NCBI GenBank assembly: GCA_035400625.1
Contig: DAOMZT010000001.1
Location: 300,001 to 332,000, forward strand
DNA from: an archaeon
GTDB taxonomy: Archaea; Iainarchaeota; Iainarchaeia; Iainarchaeales; CSSED10-239
Direction: 5' to 3'
DNA length: 32,000 nt
Shown here piece by piece: positions 24,130 to 32,000 of the stretch. The notes beneath the pieces were generated by a model. It ran no database searches, was not told the DNA's origin, and saw only the letters and a program-made list of their open reading frames with translations. Every line of letters begins with the position of its first letter. Positions within the stretch are counted from its first letter, which is position 1. The translations under genes and the position numbers were made by a program.

Positions 24130-26277
24130 TTAAAAATCTGAAATTTTGCTATCTTCTTTTTTGTCGCGATAATTTTCTGGAATTTCAATCTTTAATTCTT
24201 TTAAAGCCTCAAGACCAACCCTTCCAATTATTTGTAAAAACTTTTCTGGGTTCTTTTTGATATCTCCAATTCCTGTTATTCCAGAATTAAAAAGCTTTCT
24301 TGCTCTTACTCTTCCAATATTTCTAAGTTCAACTAAAGGCAAAAGTTCTTTTTTAATTCCATATTTTAGCCTTAGTTCAAGATCTGAATATTCCTTATAG
24401 AGCTTTAGGCTTTTCTTTGTGGTTTTTATCAGTTCTTGTGTGCAATGGTTTATCCAGATTGCTTTATTTATAAATTCCTGTAGTTGCCCAGGAGTGGTGC
24501 CATATCTTTCGATAATGTCATTTTCTGTAACTTCGTTTAACCAATCCTTCAGCATTTGTGCTAATGTTATTTTTTCTAAAAGATTAATATCTTCGTAATC
24601 AAAGTAAATCTTAGGTTTTAGCTCTTCAAGAACATCAAAAACTTCTTCTTCCTTTTCTCTCTTGACTCTCAAGTAAGGATAACATTCACTAGTATTGGCA
24701 ATAACAAAAACTCTTTCAAGTTCTTCAATGTCTTTTTGCTTTTCTTTAATCTCTAAGTCTTTTAAGATATTGTTAGCTGAAAGAGGGTCAATATACAAAA
24801 GGCAAACTCTCTTTCCAATTTCTGTTAGCTTGATATCCTCCCTTTTTTTTTCAATAAACCCAAAGTCAGAAAATTCATCAACAATCTCCAGAACATTTTC
24901 TTTTATCTCTTGATCTCCACCAAACACAAAATGGTAGAATGTTTTTTCTATATAGGCATTTATTTCTGTTATAGATTTTAGGTTATTGATTAATATGATA
25001 GACAAAAGCTGTGTTCTAAGATTATTAATTTTTGATAATTGCGATTCTATGTCTGTTGGTTGAGCAATCACATAAGAGTTATAAACTCTCTGGATATCTC
25101 CTTCTTTATTAACCATTACTATTGCTTCGCCTTTACTGTCATATTTTGGCCTTCCTGCTCTTCCAGTCATCTGATGAAACTCATTAACTGGTATTAAAAC
25201 CATTGAGCCGTTTGAGAAGCGATAAACTGTAGTGATAACAACTCTAAAAGCAGGAAGATTAATTCCTGCAGCTAACGTTGGGGTTGCAAAAATCACTTTT
25301 ATTTTTCCGTTTCTAAATTCTTCTTCAATTATTTGTCTTTGCTTATAAACAAGTCCAGCATTATGGAATGCAGTTCCACACAAGATATCAGAATATAGAG
25401 AAAGGCATTGCTTTGTTGGTGTCTCTAAGGTATCTCCTGCAACCTTGGCAACCTTTCTTAGTTCTAGGGTCTCTTTTTCATTAAGATATTTCTTAACCAG
25501 TTCTCTATATTTTGTAGCAAAAGATATTGTGTTACTTCGTGAGTTGCAAAACACAATAAGTTGTTTATTCATTTTAAGTGTGTCGTTGATGATGTTACCA
25601 AGATTTTCTTTACAAACTTCTGCAAGTTCTATTTTTCTTTGATCAAAATAGATATTGTTTGCATAGCTAATCCCAATATCTAGTGGTATTGGCCTGTAAC
25701 TGCTAGTGACAAGTTCTGCATCAAGCCATTTAGCAAGGCTTTGGGAATTGCCGATTGTTGCTGATAGTCCTAGAAAAACCACTTTAGGAAAATTAACCTT
25801 TATTTGTGTTATTAAAACTTCTAAGGTTGTTCCACGATTGTCTTGTCCAAGCTCATGTATCTCATCAATACAAACACACCCAATATCTTTTAGCCATTCA
25901 GGCTCGTGCCTTAAAACAGAGTCAAACTTCTCAAATGTCAAAAACAAAACATCATAGCTCGAGAGATTTTTAGAAGAGCTGTCAAGGTCTCCAGTTGATA
26001 TTCCAAAACTCAAGTCATGTTTTTTAGAATATTTCTTTTTAAAATCTTGATAATGTTCAAAGGTTAATGCTTTAAGTGGAGATATGTAGATTACTTTCTG
26101 TTTTTTACTTACTGCAAAATACAAAAGATACATTTCAAAGATAGTGGTTTTTCCTGAAGCTGTTGGAGCACAAACAAGTAGGTTTTTTCCAATATGCTCG
26201 CTTGCTTTTTTTTGAACAGGATTTAGTGATAGGTATCCGTTTGTTTCTAAAATCTCAGAAATTAGTTCCTTTGTCAT
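24130..26277 (-). CDS. hel308: Ski2-like DNA helicase Hel308/Hjm
   Basis: Motif I APTASGKT, motif II DEIH, motif III SAT, then TPTLAAGINLPA and motif VI MTGRAGRP. C-terminal winged-helix/ratchet/HhH-sized extension. I prefer the ATG at 26277 (MTKELISEIL) over the TTG at 26295. Confidence 0.88.
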   Translation of the reverse strand: MTKELISEILETNGYLSLNPVQKKASEHIGKNLLVCAPTASGKTTIFEMYLLYFAVSKKQKVIYISPLKALTFEHYQDFKKKYSKKHDLSFGISTGDLDSSSKNLSSYDVLFLTFEKFDSVLRHEPEWLKDIGCVCIDEIHELGQDNRGTTLEVLITQIKVNFPKVVFLGLSATIGNSQSLAKWLDAELVTSSYRPIPLDIGISYANNIYFDQRKIELAEVCKENLGNIINDTLKMNKQLIVFCNSRSNTISFATKYRELVKKYLNEKETLELRKVAKVAGDTLETPTKQCLSLYSDILCGTAFHNAGLVYKQRQIIEEEFRNGKIKVIFATPTLAAGINLPAFRVVITTVYRFSNGSMVLIPVNEFHQMTGRAGRPKYDSKGEAIVMVNKEGDIQRVYNSYVIAQPTDIESQLSKINNLRTQLLSIILINNLKSITEINAYIEKTFYHFVFGGDQEIKENVLEIVDEFSDFGFIEKKREDIKLTEIGKRVCLLYIDPLSANNILKDLEIKEKQKDIEELERVFVIANTSECYPYLRVKREKEEEVFDVLEELKPKIYFDYEDINLLEKITLAQMLKDWLNEVTENDIIERYGTTPGQLQEFINKAIWINHCTQELIKTTKKSLKLYKEYSDLELRLKYGIKKELLPLVELRNIGRVRARKLFNSGITGIGDIKKNPEKFLQIIGRVGLEALKELKIEIPENYRDKKEDSKISDF

Positions 26278-26403
26278 TAAATAAATATAATGCAATGGTT
26301 TTTTATTTATAGAAGCTGAAACAAAATTTGAAATTTAAAGATGATCAATGTCTCATTTTGATTATTCCTTTCCTTTATCTATCTTTCCATAATAATTCGT
26401 AAT

Positions 26404-26432
26404 GTATTCCGAATACTTTTTTTGATTTTTTT
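26404..26432 (+). other. 13-bp palindrome GTATTC-c-GAATAC followed by two T7 runs
   Basis: Palindrome at 26404-26416, TTTTTTT at 26417-23, and TTTTTTT at 26426-32. No annotated plus-strand gene lies upstream, so it is either a protein-binding site or the end of an unannotated short transcript. Confidence 0.25.
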
Positions 26433-26537
26433 AGAGTGAAATGGTTATTAGAGTAAATGGCTTACAACTGGGTCTCTATTTTTTCTCATTGTCAGTGAGA
26501 GAAATCCTGAATTTTTAACTTTGGCATTGAGAGAAAT
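26431..26537 (+). repeat. Two pairs of same-orientation direct repeats in the longest intergenic gap
   Basis: TTAGAGTGAAATGG (26431-44) and TTAGAGT-AAATGG (26448-60) are separated by TTA. CAGTGAGAGAAAT (26493-505) and CATTGAGAGAAAT (26525-37) start 32 bp apart. All four share a GAG(T/A)GAAAT-like core. Confidence 0.5.
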
Positions 26538-26706
26538 AATAATTTCATTTCCTGCAAAGATAAGCTTTATAATATAATTGTTTCCTATATTATATACTAT
26601 TTAAATAAAATCACGAATTTCTAAAAAAATGATTATGCGAATGGCATCTTTTAAAAAACAAAAAAGCAATAATAATTTATTAAGGCATTTATAAGAGGAG
26701 ATAAAA

Positions 26707-27387
26707 ATGATAAACAACAACGACATAATTGAGTTAGATTTAATAATCAAAGATAAAAACACTAATTCTGTTCTTGACACAACACACGAGGACATAGCAA
26801 AAGAAGCAAACATCTATGATCCAAAAATACAATATAAACCATTAGTTGTGGTTTTTGGCAAGGGCGAGCTACTTAAAGCTGTTGAAGAAAACATCAAGGA
26901 TTTAGAGATTGGCAAAACAAAAGAATTTTCCGTAACTAAAGAAAAAGCATTTGGCGAAAGAGACCCTAAACTTATACAATTATTACCATTAGCAGATTTC
27001 AAAAAAGAAAATATAGACCCAAAGCCTGGAATGTTTATCAATCTTGGTAATCGCCAAGCAAAGGTCTTAAATGTTTCTGGAGGAAGAGTGCAAATTGATC
27101 TTAACCACGAGTTTGCTGGCAGAGATCTTGATTATAAGATTACTTTAAAGAAAGTTTGTGTAAACGATTCAGAGAAATCAAAGGCATTATTTGATAAGTA
27201 TTTTTTCTTTATGCCTAAAGACAAAACAAAAGTCCAAGTAAAAGATAAAATTTTAGAGTTAATAATTCCTGGCGCAATGCCTAAGGAAATTGAATACATA
27301 AAATACATTTTTATACAGTCTGTTTTTGACACCTGTAATTTTGAAAATGTGCATTTTATAGAAAACTATGAGAAGAAAAAACAATAA
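26707..27387 (+). CDS. FKBP-type peptidyl-prolyl cis-trans isomerase, archaeal long type with IF (flap) insertion
   Basis: VVVFGKGELLKAVEENIKDLEIGKTKEF...GGRVQIDLNHEFAGRDLDYKITLKKV has the NHPLAGK-type C-terminal FKBP strand, an inserted chaperone flap and an extra C-terminal domain. AGAGGAG lies 6 nt upstream. Confidence 0.8.
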   Translation: MINNNDIIELDLIIKDKNTNSVLDTTHEDIAKEANIYDPKIQYKPLVVVFGKGELLKAVEENIKDLEIGKTKEFSVTKEKAFGERDPKLIQLLPLADFKKENIDPKPGMFINLGNRQAKVLNVSGGRVQIDLNHEFAGRDLDYKITLKKVCVNDSEKSKALFDKYFFFMPKDKTKVQVKDKILELIIPGAMPKEIEYIKYIFIQSVFDTCNFENVHFIENYEKKKQ

Positions 27388-28009
27388 AGGGGGCAGAGAG
27401 ATTTTGGAAACATATAAGACCGGTACAACAACAGTAGCTATTGTTGCAAAGGATTCAATAGTTCTTGCTGCTGACATGCAAGCAACTATGGGTAATCTGC
27501 AATCAAATACTGAGATGACAAAAATCTACAACATTAATGATCAACTTGCAGTAACGATTGCAGGTTCTGTTGGTGATGCATTAGTCTTAGTAAGGTTTCT
27601 AAAAGTTCAAGCAAATCTTTTTGAGTTAGAACGCAAGACGCCTATGACAACAAAGGCTTGTGCAACTCTTCTTTCAAACATCCTAAATGCTAATAAGATG
27701 GTTCCATATGTTACTCAGTTTATTCTTGCTGGTTCTGTTGGTGGCTTGGCGCTTTACAACATAGATATAGCAGGAGGAATAGTTGAAGAAAAGGATTTCT
27801 CATATTCTGGCTCTGGCTCAGAACTGGCATTAAGTGCTCTTGATAGAAACTTTAAAAAAGGATTAACAACCGATGAAGCAATAAAGCTTGCAAAAGAAGC
27901 AATCTCTTCAGCAAAGAAAAGGGATATTTACACAGGCGGGCAAGGAATAAAGATTGTTGTTGTAAAAAAAGACCATATAGAAGAATTACCAATTGTCAAA
28001 TACAATTAA
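27368..28009 (+). CDS. psmB: Proteasome beta subunit precursor
   Basis: ETYKTG/TTTVAIVAKDSIVLAADMQAT carries the Thr1 nucleophile after a propeptide ending in Gly. YSGSGS lies downstream. The start is ambiguous: ATG at 27368 overlaps the FKBP gene by 20 nt, and an alternative TTG at about 27404 is preceded by AAAGGGGG. Confidence 0.88.
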   Translation: MRRKNNKGGREILETYKTGTTTVAIVAKDSIVLAADMQATMGNLQSNTEMTKIYNINDQLAVTIAGSVGDALVLVRFLKVQANLFELERKTPMTTKACATLLSNILNANKMVPYVTQFILAGSVGGLALYNIDIAGGIVEEKDFSYSGSGSELALSALDRNFKKGLTTDEAIKLAKEAISSAKKRDIYTGGQGIKIVVVKKDHIEELPIVKYN

Positions 28010-28021
28010 TTTCTTTTTTTT
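28010..28021 (+). terminator. Oligo-T tract directly after the psmB stop
   Basis: TTTCTTTTTTTT begins 1 nt after the TAA at 28007-28009. Archaeal RNA polymerase terminates at oligo-T tracts. Confidence 0.35.
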
Positions 28022-28056
28022 AATTTAAAAACTAGTTTTAAAAACAGGAAAATATT

Positions 28057-29943
28057 ATGGAAGACGAATTCAAAACTATCAAAGACTATATAGAAAAATT
28101 TCTAGCCAAGAAAAAAATAAATGTATCTAAGATAGAAGCCGAAGGCCCAGAAATAGGTATCTACACAGATACTCCACTTATTTTTTTTGAAGAGAAATCA
28201 ATAATTGGAGAGCTTGCTGAAAGCTTAAAAAAAAGAATAAATATCAGGTCTGAGAAAAGCATATTGCTGGATCCCGCAGAAGCACTAAAAATAATTAAAG
28301 AGATTGTTCCTGACGATGCTGATGTTAAAAGCACATTTTTTGATTCATATTTTAGCGAAGTAGTAATTGAGGCAATAAAACCAGGTGTTGTTATTGGTAA
28401 GCAAGGTGCAATATCAAGAGAAATCATTAAAAAAACAGGCTGGATACCAAGAATAATAAGAGCACCAACAGAGCCTTCTGAAATTCTAAAAAGAGTAAGA
28501 TTAACTTTGTTAAAAAGTAGCTCAGAAAGAAAGGCCTTCTTAAAGTCTGTGGCAAACACCATCTATAGCCCACCTGTAAGCAATAATGATTGGATAAGAG
28601 TAACTGCTCTTGGTGGTTTTAGAGAGGTTGGAAGAAGCTGTATTCTTTTAGAAACTCCAGACACAAAGATCCTTTTAGATTGCGGGGTTAATGCTTCTGA
28701 TAAAAATGAAGAAGCACCATACCTTGACGTTTTAAGATTTCCTTTAGATGAGCTTGATGCTGTAATTATAGGTCATGCTCATATTGATCATTGTGGTTTT
28801 CTACCATATCTTTTTAAAGCAGGCTATAGTGGCCCAGTCTATTGTACAGAGCCAACAAGGGACTTGATGGCATTACTTCAATTTGATTTGATTGATGTTG
28901 CTGTTAAAAGTGGAAGAGAACCTCCTTACTTGGAAGAGCATGTTAAAGAAGTAATCAAGCACACAATAACTAGAGACTATAGAGAAGTAACAGATATTGC
29001 TCCTGGAATTAGATTAACTTTCCATGATGCAGCACACATATTAGGTTCTGCTTCTGTTCATTTACATATTGGTGAAGGCAAACAAAATCTAGTTTATACA
29101 GGTGATTTCAAGTTTGGCTTTACAAGGTTATTCAACAATATGGACATTAACTACCCAAGACTAGAATCTATGATTATGGAAAGCACATATGGTGGCAAGG
29201 ACGTTACACCATCGAGAATGCATTCTGAGGCAAACCTTATCGATGTGATTAATGAGACTACAGAAAAAGGAGGAATAACTTTGATTCCTGTCTTCTCTGT
29301 TGGTAGAGCACAAGAGGCAATGATTATTCTTGAAGAATACTACAGACAAGGTAAACTAAAGGCCTCAAAGATTCTAGTAGATGGAATGACAAGACAAGCT
29401 TCTGCAATTCACACAGTTTACCCAGAATATTTAAAGAAAAATATTAAGACAAGAGTTCTACAAAACAATTCTCCATTCCTTTCAGATATTTTTGTAACTG
29501 TTGATGACGCAAAGGAAGGCGAAGAGTTGATAACTCCTGGCACAGTTATTTTGGCATCTTCTGGAATGCTAACAGGCGGGCCATCTCTGAAATATTTCCA
29601 GAGGTTTGCAAGTGACCCTAACAACACCTTGGTGTTTGTAGGTTATCAAGCAAGAAACACCCTTGGTTACAAGATACAAAAAGGCCTAAAATCTATGCCT
29701 GTTGTTGAAGATGGAAAAAATAAAAATCTAGAAATCAATATGAGAATAGAAACTGTTGATTCTTTTAGTGGTCACTCTTATAGAGCAGAGCTATTAAATT
29801 TCTTAAATATGTTAAAGCCTATGCCAAAAACCATTTTGGTTAATCATGGAGATTCTTGTCAAGAGTTTGCAAATTATATTGGCAGAAAACACAATGTTGA
29901 TGCAAAGGCAATTCAAGATTTAGAAAGCATAAGATTAAGATAG
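28057..29943 (+). CDS. aCPSF1/FttA: KH-domain beta-CASP metallo-beta-lactamase ribonuclease (transcription termination factor)
   Basis: N-terminal KH modules (VIGKQGAISREIIKKTGW), metallo-beta-lactamase HAHIDHCG, a beta-CASP region and C-terminal VNHGD. 628 aa. Confidence 0.9.
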   Translation: MEDEFKTIKDYIEKFLAKKKINVSKIEAEGPEIGIYTDTPLIFFEEKSIIGELAESLKKRINIRSEKSILLDPAEALKIIKEIVPDDADVKSTFFDSYFSEVVIEAIKPGVVIGKQGAISREIIKKTGWIPRIIRAPTEPSEILKRVRLTLLKSSSERKAFLKSVANTIYSPPVSNNDWIRVTALGGFREVGRSCILLETPDTKILLDCGVNASDKNEEAPYLDVLRFPLDELDAVIIGHAHIDHCGFLPYLFKAGYSGPVYCTEPTRDLMALLQFDLIDVAVKSGREPPYLEEHVKEVIKHTITRDYREVTDIAPGIRLTFHDAAHILGSASVHLHIGEGKQNLVYTGDFKFGFTRLFNNMDINYPRLESMIMESTYGGKDVTPSRMHSEANLIDVINETTEKGGITLIPVFSVGRAQEAMIILEEYYRQGKLKASKILVDGMTRQASAIHTVYPEYLKKNIKTRVLQNNSPFLSDIFVTVDDAKEGEELITPGTVILASSGMLTGGPSLKYFQRFASDPNNTLVFVGYQARNTLGYKIQKGLKSMPVVEDGKNKNLEINMRIETVDSFSGHSYRAELLNFLNMLKPMPKTILVNHGDSCQEFANYIGRKHNVDAKAIQDLESIRLR

Positions 29944-29949
29944 ATTATT

Positions 29950-30438
29950 ATGAAAATTTTAATTTCTGGAATTCCTGGTGTTGGCAAGTCAGAGATTTCC
30001 AAAGAACTTGGCAAACAAAAAAAATACAAAGTAATAAATGATAAAGATTATTGTAAAAAAAACAATCTTGGTAATTTTGAAGTAATAGAAGGCAACAAGG
30101 AATATGTAGTAAGTATTGGTGACCTAAATAAATCAATTTCAAATTATCTAAAATCAAAAGACAATCTTATCTTTGAAGGTCACTTATGGTGTGAGCTTTC
30201 TAAAAGCAATCTAAAATGTTTTGATAAAATAATATTACTAACAGCAAATAAAAAGCTGATCTATGAAAGACTAAAGAAAAGGGGCTATGGTCCTGTTAAG
30301 ATAGAAGAAAACATCTTTTGTCAAGAACATGGCTATATCTCTGAAATCTTTGATTCTAAAAACATCAAATATACAAAAGTAAAAATAAACGATAATTTAA
30401 AAGACAATATAAAAAAAATAAGTGAAAAAATATGGTAA
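29950..30438 (+). CDS. Adenylate kinase-like P-loop NTPase, Fap7/AK6 family
   Basis: MKILISGIPGVGKSEISKELG (P-loop), FEGHLW and YERLKKRGYGPVKIEENIFCQ match the archaeal Fap7-type pattern (GH...; ERL..RGY...KI.EN). 162 aa. Confidence 0.65.
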   Translation: MKILISGIPGVGKSEISKELGKQKKYKVINDKDYCKKNNLGNFEVIEGNKEYVVSIGDLNKSISNYLKSKDNLIFEGHLWCELSKSNLKCFDKIILLTANKKLIYERLKKRGYGPVKIEENIFCQEHGYISEIFDSKNIKYTKVKINDNLKDNIKKISEKIW

Positions 30439-31214
30439 GAGCGTTATCTGAAGCCAGAACACAAAGTGTTAGAGAGATTCAAAAAAAAGCAAATATAAAA
30501 AAAGCAAACAAGAAATTATCTGTTTTTGTAGTGGCTTTTTTCATTGCCCTTATTGTTGGGTTTATAGCTTTTAAAGCCTACGCATATTACCAAAACACAA
30601 AATTTGATTTCAAAGAAACAGAGAATGGCATTAATTTTTATTCTAAAGATATGCCAATTAAAGAGGCCTTGCAAGTTATTTTAGATTCTAATCAAGTTGC
30701 AATATCCACAAATTTAATTGATACCTATCAAGGTGAGACAAACCCTGTTCTAGAGTCATCAATTCTAGCAACCACAGTCTTTGTTTTTAAAGATAAAAAT
30801 ACAATCAACATTAACAACCGTATTGATAACGATTCTTCAATAATAAAATGCTCAACAAATTACGGGGATAACCTTACAAGTGTTGATCTAAATGCTTCAG
30901 AGTGTGAGGCTCTATTTTCACAAATAGAATCAAAGCTAGTAATCAACACTCCAAACTCTAATCTTAAGGAATCAAGAGTTGACATTTATCCTTTAGAAAA
31001 GAAAATAATAATCAATTCTAGATCTGAAAACGATTTATTAGTTTCAACCTATCTTTTATTAAGTGCAAATTATCCGGATCTAGAAAATGTGCTATCAAAG
31101 GTTGAAAACCTAAAAAGCAAATTAGCTGATTTCTTGATTAGCAATTCTGAAAAAGACCCAAACTCACCTGACTCTAATTACTCTGATAGCAATTTAGAAG
31201 ATTCAAATAACTAG
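30432..31214 (+). CDS. Hypothetical N-terminally membrane-anchored protein with acidic D/S/N-rich tail
   Basis: Basic N-terminus, then a single TM segment LSVFVVAFFIALIVGFIAFKAYAYY, a roughly 180-aa domain and the C-terminal DPNSPDSNYSDSNLEDSNN. The start overlaps the kinase stop by 7 nt. Confidence 0.5.
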   Translation: MVRALSEARTQSVREIQKKANIKKANKKLSVFVVAFFIALIVGFIAFKAYAYYQNTKFDFKETENGINFYSKDMPIKEALQVILDSNQVAISTNLIDTYQGETNPVLESSILATTVFVFKDKNTININNRIDNDSSIIKCSTNYGDNLTSVDLNASECEALFSQIESKLVINTPNSNLKESRVDIYPLEKKIIINSRSENDLLVSTYLLLSANYPDLENVLSKVENLKSKLADFLISNSEKDPNSPDSNYSDSNLEDSNN

Positions 31215-32000
31215 TTTATTTGGTCTATTTTTATTTCTTTTTTTATATTAAATATTTGTTCAATTTCTGTAGCAGAAAGGATCGGCTTTTTAAAGCTATT
31301 AAAGTCATCATATGCTATTCTAGGACAAGCAGTATTAACGTAACAATCAACATCTATGCCAAGAAGATAATTCTCTGAAATATAGTCGCTTACTAGTATG
31401 TTTGCGATTTTTCCTTGTTTTTCTAGTTGTGCTTTTATTTTCTTTGCAAGCTTTAGTCTGTTTTGTCCAGGTTTGCTACTTACAAGTATTCCAAAAGACC
31501 TGCATTCAAGAGCCCTAGCAATTGCAGCATATCTTTGTCTTAAAAACAACTCATCATATATTATTTTTTCAGATTGCCCAATAAGTGGGTTGATTAGGTA
31601 TACATCTTGTTTTCTGTGATTGTAAGAGACGTTGTTTATATGAAACCTTCCATCTCCAACAAAAACAATAGGATTTACAAAATCACAAAGATTAGAACAA
31701 TCGCAACCAAGTATCTGATGCTCTTGCAGTCTTTTTGTTTTCTTAGATTCCAGTACATCTATGTTTTCTTTTTTTAGTTTTTCTTTGATTAAAGGGATAT
31801 TTGAAAGATATTGCACAGTTGTAACAAGCGAGATTTTCTTAAGTTCTTGTTTTTTTATTTCTGAAACAATAAAATCTATTTGTTCCTTAGAATATTCAAA
31901 GTCTAATGGCACATAAATAATCTTTAATGCCCTTGTTGTTTTTAGGCCTGGCAATTGTCTGTGCCCAAAATGAATAAGTGTTTTATATCCTAATTCTTTT
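31211..32000 (-). CDS. dph2: Diphthamide synthase subunit Dph2 (2-(3-amino-3-carboxypropyl)histidine synthase); N-terminus beyond right window edge
   Basis: VFVGDGRFH, GCDCSN and YVNTACPRIAYDDFNSFKKPILSATEIE match Dph2. The frame stays open upstream of the track's TTG at 31954 (...KELGYKTLIHFGHRQLPGLK...) up to the window end, and LIHFGH resembles the conserved Dph2 HYGH region. Confidence 0.8.
   Translation of the reverse strand, partial: KELGYKTLIHFGHRQLPGLKTTRALKIIYVPLDFEYSKEQIDFIVSEIKKQELKKISLVTTVQYLSNIPLIKEKLKKENIDVLESKKTKRLQEHQILGCDCSNLCDFVNPIVFVGDGRFHINNVSYNHRKQDVYLINPLIGQSEKIIYDELFLRQRYAAIARALECRSFGILVSSKPGQNRLKLAKKIKAQLEKQGKIANILVSDYISENYLLGIDVDCYVNTACPRIAYDDFNSFKKPILSATEIEQIFNIKKEIKIDQIN

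Noticed and set aside
26335-26420. Possible C/D box sRNA (AGATGATCA near 26339, several TGA/CTGA-like elements)
   Set aside because: The putative C box (AUGAUCA) deviates from RUGAUGA. No properly spaced D, C' or D' boxes or terminal stem could be found by eye.
26451-26694. Mini-ORFs in the long gap (25 codons at 26451-26528, about 18 codons from 26521, 21 codons at 26629-26694)
   Set aside because: They are too short, lack SD elements and have no recognisable sequence. They more likely arise by chance, although the first two overlap the repeats reported above.
1-32000. Scan for tRNA or split-tRNA halves, rRNA, CRISPR repeats and mobile elements
   Set aside because: There are no GC-rich islands, no T-loop-like GTTCRAATC motifs, no regularly spaced repeat arrays, and no transposase or integrase-like ORFs in this window.

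Overview
Strongly AT-rich, tightly packed archaeal chromosomal segment. Most intergenic gaps are under about 150 nt, and many gene pairs abut or overlap by a few nt. Archaeal identity is clear from Orc1/Cdc6, PCNA, both primase subunits (PriS, PriL), GINS, RNA polymerase subunits K and L, aIF2-alpha, aRF1, Pelota, ribosomal protein S17e, proteasome beta subunit, aCPSF1, Dph2, Hel308, Rad50 and HerA. The short proteins, the AT bias and a bacterial-type iPGM suggest a small-genome DPANN-like archaeon; this is inference, not proof. I support 37 CDS. Two are not in the supplied ORF track as such: a pilin-like ORF running off the left edge, and a 59-aa class III signal peptide pilin. I saw no rRNA, tRNA, CRISPR array, transposase or integrase. 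The window is mostly core information-processing genes, so there is no clear-cut novel system. Worth a second look: (1) two loci totalling six type IV pilin-like genes, one operonic with an HExxH membrane protease; (2) rad50 with no mre11, translationally coupled to a 250-aa orphan carrying an HxH...S...D motif; (3) herA with no nurA, inside a priS-gins-eif2a-pac2 gene string and followed by a Gpt-like phosphoribosyltransferase whose PRPP loop is degenerate; (4) the longest gap (about 430 nt, 26278-26706), which holds two pairs of direct repeats and a palindrome followed by T-runs; (5) an Orc1/Cdc6 frame with no ATG codon at all, forcing a TTG start; (6) three orphan proteins with Lys/Pro-rich N-terminal tails.
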